Assembly: GCA_028284765.1 (NCBI GenBank)
Contig: JANQRA010000003.1
Span: 144,500 to 208,499 of the forward strand
Direction: 5' to 3'
DNA: 64,000 bases
From: Acidimicrobiia bacterium
Lineage (GTDB): Bacteria; Actinomycetota; Acidimicrobiia; Spongiisociales; ZC4RG35
A model generated the notes under the pieces. That model was not told where the DNA came from. It worked only from the letters and a program-made list of their open reading frames with translations, and did no database searches. Below are positions 31,067 through 40,155 of this stretch, in pieces (positions within the stretch are counted from its first letter, which is position 1; each line of letters opens with the position of its first letter). The position numbers and the translations under genes were made by a program.

Positions 31067-31588
31067 GTGAGGATGTTCACCAAAGCCGGTAGGGCGGCAA
31101 TATTCGACCGCGGTGTCTATACCGAGGCCTTCTTTGACGACGACACGATGGCTGACGGCGCGCTGGTTGTGGCTGCCGTTGGCGCCCTGACGTATGTCGG
31201 CATCCTGGTCCGCTTTGGCCGACTCGACGCGTTCAGCGTCACCGACCTATTCGCCCTGCTGATCGGGTCGGTGGCCTCTTGGTTGATACTGGGTTTCGCC
31301 ACATGGTTTGCAGCGACCCGTCTGTTCAATGCAAGCGCACGCCCCCAGACTCTCATTGGGCTCCAGGGTCTCGCCGCTCTTCCACTCCTCCTGGACATCC
31401 TTGGATCGCCCTTCTCCTGGATTGGGTTCCTCTGGTATCTGGCGGTCCTGGTCCTGGCTACGAAGGAAGGGGCAGACCTCGACTTTCGGACTGCGAGTGT
31501 GTCGGTGCTTATCGGGGCGGCAGCAGCCGCTCTAGTCAGAGCCTTGCTCAATGTGCCTTTTGGTCTGTTGAGCGGTGTGTTCGCCTGA
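31067..31588 (+). CDS. YIP1-like multi-pass membrane protein
   Basis: Five hydrophobic segments; start trimmed to GTG 31067 (ATG 31073 also possible). Confidence 0.6.
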   Translation: MRMFTKAGRAAIFDRGVYTEAFFDDDTMADGALVVAAVGALTYVGILVRFGRLDAFSVTDLFALLIGSVASWLILGFATWFAATRLFNASARPQTLIGLQGLAALPLLLDILGSPFSWIGFLWYLAVLVLATKEGADLDFRTASVSVLIGAAAAALVRALLNVPFGLLSGVFA

Positions 31589-31591
31589 GAG

Positions 31592-32323
31592 ATGGCGATC
31601 TATCGTCTCGACCTTGCCTATGACGGCTCCGGGTTCCGGGGCTATGCACGTCAGGAAGGCCAGCGAACGGTTCAGGGGGAGTTGGAGCAGGCGTTAGCGA
31701 CTCTGCTCAAAGGGAGTGTCCCAACATCGGTCGCCGGTCGCACCGACGCCGGAGTCCACGCGCTCGGCCAGGTCGTGTCGTTCCCGTACGACGAGACGAT
31801 CGACGCTTTCAGATTCAAGCGGAGCCTGAACGGTCTGATCGGCCCAGAGGTTTCAGTCAGTCGTGTTTCAGAGGTGCCTGACGGCTTCAGCGCGAGGTTC
31901 TCGGCCAAATGGCGACGCTACCGCTACTTGATCGACCAATCCGAGGCGATCAACCCCCTGAGCAGGGGTTACGTGTGGCATGTCAAACAGGAGTTAGACA
32001 GCGATGCCATGGGGCAGGTCGGGGTGGGGTTCATCGGCGAGCACGACTTCACCTCCTTCTGCAAGTCGGTCGAAGGCAAGAGCAATGTCAGACGGGTGAC
32101 GGAGCTGACGCTCACGACGACGGGCCCGGAGATCGAGTTGACCATCGAGGCCAATGCCTTCTGTCATCAAATGGTGCGGTCAGTGGTCGGCTATCTGTAC
32201 GACGTGGGCCGAGGCTTCAGCAAGGCATCTGCCAGCGAAGTCATCGAAGCTCGTGATCGGGCGGCGGTTGCCACGGTTGCGCCACCTCACGGGCTGACTC
32301 TCATGGCTGTCGGATACGACTGA
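31592..32323 (+). CDS. truA: tRNA pseudouridine(38-40) synthase
   Basis: [41 protein letters not shown]. Confidence 0.96.
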   Translation: MAIYRLDLAYDGSGFRGYARQEGQRTVQGELEQALATLLKGSVPTSVAGRTDAGVHALGQVVSFPYDETIDAFRFKRSLNGLIGPEVSVSRVSEVPDGFSARFSAKWRRYRYLIDQSEAINPLSRGYVWHVKQELDSDAMGQVGVGFIGEHDFTSFCKSVEGKSNVRRVTELTLTTTGPEIELTIEANAFCHQMVRSVVGYLYDVGRGFSKASASEVIEARDRAAVATVAPPHGLTLMAVGYD

Positions 32324-32429
32324 ACGCGATTGGCCTAGTCAGCAGCTTGCGAATATCATTGTGTCCGCTTCGTTCGAAGCCGTTTCCCCAAACGCTCCCC
32401 GTGCTTTCAGCATGCGAGGAATCTCAAAT

Positions 32430-32888
32430 ATGACAATGAACAAGACCTATTCGCCCAAACCGGGCGATATCGAACGTGCCTGGCACGTCGTGGACGCGAC
32501 CGACCTCCCATTGGGCAGGCTGGCGTCCGAGATCGCACAGGTTCTACGTGGCAAGCACAAGCCCACCTACGCACCGCACATGGACACCGGTGACTTCGTG
32601 GTTGTCGTGAACGCCGACAAAGTCGTCGTTACCAGCGACAAGACACAGTCGAAGATCTATTACCGCCACTCCGGCTACCCCGGAGGCATCAAGGCGGAGA
32701 CATTCGCATCCCTCAAGGAGCGGCGTCCGGAAGCGATCATGGAACGTGCCGTCAAGGGCATGCTCCCCAAGAACAAGCTTGGCCGGAAGATGGCCACCAA
32801 GCTGAAGGTCTACGCCGGCCCGGATCATCCGCACACCGCGCAGAGCCCTCAGCCCCTCGAATTCAACATCCGAAAGGTGGAAGCCTGA
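32430..32888 (+). CDS. rplM: 50S ribosomal protein L13
   Basis: [34 protein letters not shown]; start after GAGGA. Confidence 0.97.
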   Translation: MTMNKTYSPKPGDIERAWHVVDATDLPLGRLASEIAQVLRGKHKPTYAPHMDTGDFVVVVNADKVVVTSDKTQSKIYYRHSGYPGGIKAETFASLKERRPEAIMERAVKGMLPKNKLGRKMATKLKVYAGPDHPHTAQSPQPLEFNIRKVEA

Positions 32889-33280
32889 TGGCAAAGCCCC
32901 TAGTTCAGACGACCGGTCGCCGTAAGGAGTCGGTGGCTCGTGTTCGGTTCCACAACGGATCCGGTCAGGTCACGCTCAACGGCAAGCCGCTCGAGGCCTA
33001 CTTCCCAACGATGGCAACTCGGATGCGCGTCATGGAGCCGCTGAGCATGACTCAGACCCAGGGTCGGTACGACATCGACGCAACGCTCGACGGTGGTGGG
33101 ACAACCGGACAGGCGGATGCTCTTCGTCTCGGGATCTCCCGTGGCTTGGTTGAGCTCGAGCCAGAACTGCGTGATCAACTGAAGAAGGCCGGAATGCTCA
33201 CCCGTGACTCCAGGATCGTGGAGAGCAAGAAGTACGGCCTCCGCAAAGCACGACGCGCTCCTCAGTACACCAAGCGCTAA
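32888..33280 (+). CDS. rpsI: 30S ribosomal protein S9
   Basis: TGRRKESVARV, GGGTTGQA, KKYGLRKARRAPQYTKR. Confidence 0.98.
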   Translation: MAKPLVQTTGRRKESVARVRFHNGSGQVTLNGKPLEAYFPTMATRMRVMEPLSMTQTQGRYDIDATLDGGGTTGQADALRLGISRGLVELEPELRDQLKKAGMLTRDSRIVESKKYGLRKARRAPQYTKR

Positions 33281-34627
33281 GTGGATCTCCGTCGTCTTCT
33301 CGACGATGGCAAGCCCATCTTCGGCACCGACGGAGTCCGTGGGGTTGCCGGATCTGAGCTGACCTCCGAACTCGCCATGGAGATCGGCCGCGCCGCCGGC
33401 TCCTGGCTGAACGGTGGCCCGGTCCTGATCGGCCGTGACACCCGCCGATCGGGTTCGATGCTCTCGTCGGCGATCCAAGCTGGGTTCCACTCTGTGGGAA
33501 TCGACACCATCGATGTTGGCGTCATGCCAACTGGCGGTATTGCCTTCCTCACCGCATCGAGTGGCGCCACGATGGGCGTGATTGTCTCGGCATCGCACAA
33601 TCCGGCGGACGACAACGGCATCAAGCTTCTCTCCGCACGCGGCACCAAGCTCCCGGACGAGGTGGAGCGTGAGCTTGAAGATCGGATGCGTTCCCATGGG
33701 CGGGAGATTGCAGTCGGCTCATCGATCGGATACCGGCAGGAAGATCACGAGGCCTACGACCGGTATCTCGACCACCTGGTTTCGACGTCCAAATACTCCT
33801 TCAACGGTCTCAGGGTTGCCCTGGACTGCGCTAATGGCTCGGCCTACAAGGCCGCCCCCGACCTCTTTGCCCGCTTCAACTCAGATGTCGAGGTCTACTT
33901 CGCCGAGCCGGACGGAACCAACATCAACCGGGGGTGCGGCGCTACTCATCCTGAGTCTCTCGCTGGCCATGCCGACGGCCGTATCGGCCTCTCCTTCGAC
34001 GGTGACGCTGATCGTTTGATGGCAGTGGACGAAGACGGCGTCGTGGCCAACGGCGATGTGATCATGGCGATCATCGCCCGACACATGAAGGGTCAGGGGA
34101 AGCTCCGCAGAGACATGGTTGTGGCCACCGTGATGTCGAACTTCGGGTTCCGCAAGGCCATGGCCGAGTCGGAAGTGGAAGTGGTGGAGACCCCGGTAGG
34201 GGACCGGTACGTGATGGAGGCGATCACCGAGACTGGGGCCATCTTGGGCGGAGAGCAGTCGGGTCACATCATTTTCGCTGAGCACGCCAAGACCGGTGAC
34301 GGCCTACTCACCGCCGTGCAGCTGCTCAACGTGGTCGCGGGTACGGGGAAGGAGCTCCGGGAGCTCCGTGCCGAGACGATCACCGAGTACCCACAGGTGC
34401 TCGTCAACGTCGAGATGCCACGGTCGGTTGACGTCGAGGAGGTCACCGAACTGTGGGACGAGGTCGCTCTGGTCCAAGAGGAACTCGGCGAGGATGGACG
34501 GGTCCTGGTCCGGCCCTCGGGAACGGAGCCGTTGGTCAGGATCATGGTTGAAGCTGCTTCCCAATCGGAGGCAAGCGGGTACGCTGACCGTCTGGCGAAA
34601 GTCGCCAAAGAAGCAATAGGGAGTTGA
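33281..34627 (+). CDS. glmM: Phosphoglucosamine mutase
   Basis: FGTDGVRG, VSASHNP, FDGDADR, GGEQSGH, RPSGTEP. Confidence 0.96.
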   Translation: MDLRRLLDDGKPIFGTDGVRGVAGSELTSELAMEIGRAAGSWLNGGPVLIGRDTRRSGSMLSSAIQAGFHSVGIDTIDVGVMPTGGIAFLTASSGATMGVIVSASHNPADDNGIKLLSARGTKLPDEVERELEDRMRSHGREIAVGSSIGYRQEDHEAYDRYLDHLVSTSKYSFNGLRVALDCANGSAYKAAPDLFARFNSDVEVYFAEPDGTNINRGCGATHPESLAGHADGRIGLSFDGDADRLMAVDEDGVVANGDVIMAIIARHMKGQGKLRRDMVVATVMSNFGFRKAMAESEVEVVETPVGDRYVMEAITETGAILGGEQSGHIIFAEHAKTGDGLLTAVQLLNVVAGTGKELRELRAETITEYPQVLVNVEMPRSVDVEEVTELWDEVALVQEELGEDGRVLVRPSGTEPLVRIMVEAASQSEASGYADRLAKVAKEAIGS

Positions 34628-34650
34628 TGGGTCAACTGAAGTGACATAAG

Positions 34651-34803
34651 AGAAGCGCCTGGCCTCGGTTGGATCTTTGATCGAATTCGAGGTGACGAGG
34701 AGGAAGGTCATCGAAACACTCGGCGGATGCCTTCCCGGCCAGCCACGGTCGATATGGGTGAGAAGAAAACCCGGGAGCGATTCCGGAACAGAGGCTCACT
34801 CAA
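34651..34803 (+). ncRNA. glmS ribozyme (GlcN6P-activated self-cleaving riboswitch)
   Basis: A^GCGCCUGG (34654/34655), P1 CCUCG/CGAGG, GACGAGG, P2 GGAAGGU/GCCUUCC enclosing AUCGAA...UCGGCGGAUG, P3 CGGCC/GGUCG, P4 GGGUGAG/CUCACUC with CCGGGA-GCGA-UUCCGG GNRA hairpin; directly 5' of glmS. Confidence 0.93.
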
Positions 34804-34860
34804 CGGGTAGCCGGACATCGGCTAGTCACACAGTCCCCCTGACTCCAGGAAGGAATACTC

Positions 34861-36687
34861 ATGTGTGGAATCGTTGGCTATGTAGGCCCGCGTCCGGTGA
34901 CCGATGTCCTCGTGCCCGGTCTGGCCCATCTCGAATACCGGGGGTACGACTCGGCCGGGGTGGCCCTCAACACAGGCACCTCTTTCGATCTGATCAAGAC
35001 TGCGGGTCGCATTGCGGACCTCGAAGCACTAGTTGACGCCGAAGACCATTCCAATGCTCTGTCTGGCATTGGTCACACCAGGTGGGCTACGCACGGCGCT
35101 CCCAATACCGTCAATGCACACCCGCATACGGATGAGGCAGGAGACGTGGTCGTCGTTCACAACGGGATCATCGAGAACTGGGCCGACTTGAAGAAGAAGC
35201 TCGTTGAGTCGGGTCATGAGTTCATCTCCGACACTGACACCGAGGTTGTGGCCCACATGGTTGCCGACCGAGCGGACATGACACTTCGCGATGCAGTCAC
35301 CGACATCATGAATCAGGCAGAGGGTGCGCTCGCTCTCGCCGTCATGCGAAAGAGCGAGCCAGACTTGATCATCGGAGCCAGACGAGGGTCCCCTTTGGTC
35401 GTGGGCCGCGGTGACGGGGAGAACTTCCTGGCGTCCGACATCCCCGCCTTTCTCGAACACACCCGGGAGATGGTGATCATCGAAGATGACCGGGTGGTCG
35501 AGGTGCGTCCCGAATCGGTACGACTCTTCGATCTCGAGGGCAACGAGCTCGAGCCAGAGCACCGGAAGATCGATTGGGACTTCGAGGCCGCCGAGAAGGG
35601 TGGCTATCCCACGTTCATGCTCAAAGAGATTCATGAGCAACCCCATGCGATCGCGGACACGCTTGCCGGAAGACTCTCTGAAACAGGTCGCGTCGTGCTC
35701 AATGACTTGGATCTCGACCCGGTGCTGCTCCGGTCGATCGACAAGGTCTTCGTAATCGCGTGCGGCACTTCGTACCACGCGGCGATGATGGCCAAATACG
35801 CAATCGAGCGCTGGACCCGGCTGCCCGTCGAGATCGACATTGCATCCGAGTTTCGATACCGGGACCCGGTTCTCGACGACCGTTCTCTGGTGATTGGCAT
35901 CAGCCAGTCGGGGGAGACGATCGACACTCTGGCGGCGGTCCGCTACGCGAAGGCACAGGGCGCCAAGCTGATCGGTGTTTCGAACGTCATCGACTCTGCC
36001 TTGGCCAGAGAGTCGCATGCAGTGCTGTACACGAGGGCCGGGCTGGAGATCGGGGTCGCTGCGACCAAGACGTTCACTACCCAGTTGGTTGCAATGCAGC
36101 TTCTCGGGCTCTACCTGGCACAGGTCAGAGGAACACTCGACCCGGGCGCGATCGAGCTATTGGTTAGGGAACTCGAGCAGCTACCCGAGCAGGTAGCGAC
36201 AGCCTTGGAGTCGTCGGCTGCGATAGAAGAGCTGACGCGAGGATGGGCAGACGTCCGCGACTACTTCTTCCTGGGCCGATCGGGCGATTTCCCGGTGGCC
36301 ATGGAGGGGGCGCTGAAGCTCAAGGAGATCGCTTACGTCCGAGCCGAGGGATACGCCGCCGGTGAGATGAAACACGGCCCAATCGCCCTCATCGAGGAGG
36401 GGGTTGTAGTGGTCGGTGTGGCGACTGACACTCACGTCCAGGCCAAGACCCTGTCCAATATGGAGGAGATGAAGGCCCGGGGCGGCACCATCGTCCTGGT
36501 GGCTGAAGAGGACGACGACGTGGGTGAGGTTGCCGATCATGTCATCCGCGTTCCGTCAGCATCTGACTTGATCTGCACGGTCACCGCCGTGATCCCGCTG
36601 CAGCTGTTGTCATATCACGTAGCGACGGCCCGCGGCCTCGACGTCGACAAGCCGCGGAATCTCGCCAAGACGGTCACGGTGGAGTGA
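34861..36687 (+). CDS. glmS: Glutamine-fructose-6-phosphate aminotransferase
   Basis: MCGIVGY, EYRGYDSAG, GHTRWATHG, SQSGET, EGALKLKE, PRNLAKTVTVE. Confidence 0.98.
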   Translation: MCGIVGYVGPRPVTDVLVPGLAHLEYRGYDSAGVALNTGTSFDLIKTAGRIADLEALVDAEDHSNALSGIGHTRWATHGAPNTVNAHPHTDEAGDVVVVHNGIIENWADLKKKLVESGHEFISDTDTEVVAHMVADRADMTLRDAVTDIMNQAEGALALAVMRKSEPDLIIGARRGSPLVVGRGDGENFLASDIPAFLEHTREMVIIEDDRVVEVRPESVRLFDLEGNELEPEHRKIDWDFEAAEKGGYPTFMLKEIHEQPHAIADTLAGRLSETGRVVLNDLDLDPVLLRSIDKVFVIACGTSYHAAMMAKYAIERWTRLPVEIDIASEFRYRDPVLDDRSLVIGISQSGETIDTLAAVRYAKAQGAKLIGVSNVIDSALARESHAVLYTRAGLEIGVAATKTFTTQLVAMQLLGLYLAQVRGTLDPGAIELLVRELEQLPEQVATALESSAAIEELTRGWADVRDYFFLGRSGDFPVAMEGALKLKEIAYVRAEGYAAGEMKHGPIALIEEGVVVVGVATDTHVQAKTLSNMEEMKARGGTIVLVAEEDDDVGEVADHVIRVPSASDLICTVTAVIPLQLLSYHVATARGLDVDKPRNLAKTVTVE

Positions 36688-36730
36688 GCACCAGTTGCGG
36701 TTGATCCGAACCTGACAAGACTGTCAGGCC

Positions 36731-38185
36731 ATGGGCGGTGGGGAATACAGGTTTCGGGTGACCCTCTGGGTCAGCGCCGGGGTAGCGGCGTTGACCGCTT
36801 TGCTGGTCGTCCCTTTTCCGTTTGGCGGAGACCAGGCTCTCTTTGCGGTGTTTGCCCGGATGATGGGGGACGGATCGCTCCTGTATGTGGAAATCTGGGA
36901 CGTCAAGCAGCCAGGAGTCTTTTGGTTCTTCGGGCTGGCAGGGGCCTGGAACGGATATTCCGAGATCGGGATTCACCTGGTTGAAGCTCTGCTTTGGATC
37001 GGCGGTTCGATCGGGCTCACATTCATGTCGAAACCTCGTCTGCGGCGAGAGTGGATCGCAGCCCTCTTTCCTGTGGCAGCTGCCGGGATCTTTTTCGCTA
37101 CCGCGGCCGTGGGCAACTTGACCCAGGTCGAGTCGCTGATGGCTCTTCCGCTGGCGTCGGTCGTCCTTCTTCTGGCGGATGAGGGCAACAGCCGTCGGAA
37201 GGCGTTTGCTGCCGGGTTGGTGACCGGTGTCATCGCGTTGTTCAAGTTCTTAACTGTCCTCGCTCCAATTGCAGTCCTCGCCGTCGCGGCGATCGTGAGA
37301 AGGGGCGAGGTGAGCTTCAGGGATCTGTTCAGCAGACTCCTAGCTCCCTTTGCGGTGGGATCACTCCTGCCACTGCTGGCCTTGGCAGTCTGGGTTGCCA
37401 TGTCCGGTGTCGTGGACGAGGTGTTATTCACTTGGTTTGAGTATCCGCCCCAGGTTCTCGGCATCGAACCCCGACCGCTCTCCCGCTTGCTGGACTCCTT
37501 CGTGTGGTTCGGGATCGCCTTCGGCTCAGTCGGCTTGCTGGCCCTCTTTCGCCTGATCGCGAGGCCCGCGTACCAGCGGCGTTTGACTTATCTGGCTTTT
37601 GCCGGAGTCGCCGGGGCGGTACTGGTTGCCCTCCTCCAGATCTGGTGGGCGTATCTCTTTCTCCTTGCGGTGGGGCCTCTGACGATCCTTGCCCTCCAAG
37701 GCCTGGACGACCTTTGGGAGCACCGGTGGCGCAAGGTCGGTCTTCCTGTCGTGGTACTCGCGTTGGTTCCGGCTTTGCTGCTCGCTGGAGAAAAGGCGAT
37801 CGATCTGGCAGGCCTGATAGGAGGGGAATCGCTCGAGGAATACAGGGAGTTCAGCGTGAGCTACCGGGGTGCCACGGAAGCAGTCGAGTTGGGCGGAATC
37901 GGTGAAGGCGACAACGTTTACGTCTTGGGTGATCCTCTTGTGCTTCAGATCTCTGGGGCCGATCAGTCGATCCCGGTCAATGGCTGGTCGCCGGAATTTT
38001 GGACGGCGGACGTTTGGCGGTGGGTCGGCGACGACCTCCAACGTCCAGGTACTGAGCTTTTGCTCATCGAGAACTGGGCGGCTCGGCTGGCCGAGGAGCG
38101 AGCACCGTGGTTGCTCGACGAGATCGACTTGCGATACGTCGAGCTGGCGTCGGATGATGGAGGAACCTGGTACGTCCCTCGCTGA
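36731..38185 (+). CDS. GT-C fold (ArnT/PMT-like) multi-pass membrane glycosyltransferase
   Basis: First loop GDQALF...LYVEIWDVKQPG, many TMs, C-terminal extracytoplasmic domain. Confidence 0.6.
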   Translation: MGGGEYRFRVTLWVSAGVAALTALLVVPFPFGGDQALFAVFARMMGDGSLLYVEIWDVKQPGVFWFFGLAGAWNGYSEIGIHLVEALLWIGGSIGLTFMSKPRLRREWIAALFPVAAAGIFFATAAVGNLTQVESLMALPLASVVLLLADEGNSRRKAFAAGLVTGVIALFKFLTVLAPIAVLAVAAIVRRGEVSFRDLFSRLLAPFAVGSLLPLLALAVWVAMSGVVDEVLFTWFEYPPQVLGIEPRPLSRLLDSFVWFGIAFGSVGLLALFRLIARPAYQRRLTYLAFAGVAGAVLVALLQIWWAYLFLLAVGPLTILALQGLDDLWEHRWRKVGLPVVVLALVPALLLAGEKAIDLAGLIGGESLEEYREFSVSYRGATEAVELGGIGEGDNVYVLGDPLVLQISGADQSIPVNGWSPEFWTADVWRWVGDDLQRPGTELLLIENWAARLAEERAPWLLDEIDLRYVELASDDGGTWYVPR

Positions 38186-38187
38186 CG

Positions 38188-39030
38188 TCAAGACGGTTTC
38201 GTGGCAGTGGCCGAGATGAGGTCGTCGAATCGGTAGGGGATGGCCAGACGGTCGGCGCGAGTCGCCTGCATCGTCTTGATCAGTGCGTTGCCCAGCGAGT
38301 CGGGCAGTTTCGTGGCCACTACACCGGCGTATCCGCCGACCCCCACCTGTTTGGCCCACTTCTCGATCCGGACGTCTTGGAATCGGATGCGTTTCAGAGC
38401 GTCTTGGAGGCCACGTTCCGTAAAGAGGTGCAGAACACTTGGCGGAGAGAGCTGTTGCCATCTGGATCCAAAGCGGGTGGCCGTTTTGGACTCCAGGTCC
38501 CATGTCTCGATGAAGAGTCTGCCTCCTGGCTTCAGAATTCGAAAGGCCTCTTCCAGGTGCGTGCCGGGGTCCGGCATGTGCTCGAGAACCTGACCAAACA
38601 CGATCCCGTCGGCGAGTTCGCTGTCGATCGCAGCCAGATCAGGCACCACTACGTGGCCCTTCCGTTCAGCAAGGCCGGTGGCATGCGTCGAGATCTCAAC
38701 ACCAACGGCCTCCCACCCTCTGTGCCTGGCGCGGTCGAGCGTGTATCCGAAGGCTGATCCGACGTCGACCACTGACGGCGCATCGCGAGTGTTGATGTCA
38801 AGAGCGTCCAGCCGCCGATCCGAGGTCTTCAAGTGAATCTTTTCATCGGATGAATAGGCCTGATACCCACCCGCTTTGCGTCCGGCGAAATAGTCGGCCT
38901 CGTAGTAGTCATCGGGGGTTATCCCGGATAGAGATGCGGAGCCGCAACTGCTGCAGCGTGCGTAGGTGTAGTCGGCTACCCGTATGGGAGGGCCATTCAT
39001 GCCCCCGTCGCACAGTGTGCAGTTGCTCAT
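38188..39030 (-). CDS. Class I SAM-dependent methyltransferase with N-terminal zinc ribbon
   Basis: CTLC...CSSC, VVDVGSAFG, VLEHMPDP, LKPGG. Confidence 0.85.
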   Translation of the reverse strand: MSNCTLCDGGMNGPPIRVADYTYARCSSCGSASLSGITPDDYYEADYFAGRKAGGYQAYSSDEKIHLKTSDRRLDALDINTRDAPSVVDVGSAFGYTLDRARHRGWEAVGVEISTHATGLAERKGHVVVPDLAAIDSELADGIVFGQVLEHMPDPGTHLEEAFRILKPGGRLFIETWDLESKTATRFGSRWQQLSPPSVLHLFTERGLQDALKRIRFQDVRIEKWAKQVGVGGYAGVVATKLPDSLGNALIKTMQATRADRLAIPYRFDDLISATATKPS

Positions 39031-39090
39031 CCGGTCAAGATAGAAGGGACAGGGTCGACAACTGAACCCCTGTTCTTAGGCTGTGTCGAG

Positions 39091-40155
39091 ATGTCCGATG
39101 AACTCAAGCCCACCAGGGGGCGGGTGATGGTGGTCACGGCGAGCAATCGCCGACGTGGTGCTGAAGTCTTTGCCTCCCAACTCGGCCCGGGACTCAGTGA
39201 TTGCGGGTGGGAGGTAGACCTTGTCAGCCTGGAAGGCTCCGAAGACAGGGTTGCTATCGACTCAGAAGTGTTGGCAGACGACCTCAAGGGCAGATTCGAT
39301 CTGCGAACGGCCGGTGCGCTTCGGAAACGTGTTGCGGATCGTGCCCCCGATGTGATTCTCGCCATGGGTGGCTCGACCCTCAGATACTGCGTGTTCGCCA
39401 AAGGCGGAACACCGCTCGTCTATTTCGCTATCGGCGAGCCCCACTATTGGATCAGGTCGTCCAGGGCGCTGCGTATCAACAGGTTCCTCTTGCGACGCAC
39501 TGATTGGATCTTGGCGGTATCTCACATGACCGCCTCTCAACTCGAGGAGATGGAACCGAACGTGAAGGGGTCGGTTTCGGTGGCGTACACCGGTGTGTCG
39601 TTGACCGGCGGCGATCCGACGCCACCAAGCCAGGTCGGGCTGCGAGTGCTGATGGTGGGCAGCCTGTCTGATGAGAAGGATCCATTGTTGGGAATCGAGT
39701 CGGTCCTCGAAGTTGAAGGAGCCGTGCTGAGGCTGGTGGGTACAGGCCCGCTCGAGCCCGCAATCCGAGAGAAGGTCGCCGCCCTCGAGATCGGTGATCG
39801 TGTCGAACTGGTTGGTGCGGTCGAAGAAGTCGAAGAGCACTACCAATGGGCAGATGTCTTGCTTCTGACGTCTCGAACTGAAGGGCTGCCTGGGGTGATC
39901 ATCGAGGCAGCTGCACACGGGGTTCCGGCCGTCGGTGTCCAGGTCGGAGGTGTTGCCGAGGCGATTGCCGACGGCGGCATCGTCGTGGACCGGGAGCGTG
40001 CGTCCATCGCTCGGGCTCTGTACCAGCTCGAACAGGACCCCGCACTCGTCGCGCGTTTGGGTTCTAGTGCTAGGGAGCGGGTGCGACGAGAATTCAGCCT
40101 CGAGAAAGCGATCGACACGTTCGATCGTGCCCTGAGAGAGCAGAGTTCGTTGTGA
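39091..40155 (+). CDS. GT4 family glycosyltransferase
   Basis: VGSLSDEK, LTSRTEGLPGVIIEA (EX7E). Confidence 0.88.
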   Translation: MSDELKPTRGRVMVVTASNRRRGAEVFASQLGPGLSDCGWEVDLVSLEGSEDRVAIDSEVLADDLKGRFDLRTAGALRKRVADRAPDVILAMGGSTLRYCVFAKGGTPLVYFAIGEPHYWIRSSRALRINRFLLRRTDWILAVSHMTASQLEEMEPNVKGSVSVAYTGVSLTGGDPTPPSQVGLRVLMVGSLSDEKDPLLGIESVLEVEGAVLRLVGTGPLEPAIREKVAALEIGDRVELVGAVEEVEEHYQWADVLLLTSRTEGLPGVIIEAAAHGVPAVGVQVGGVAEAIADGGIVVDRERASIARALYQLEQDPALVARLGSSARERVRREFSLEKAIDTFDRALREQSSL

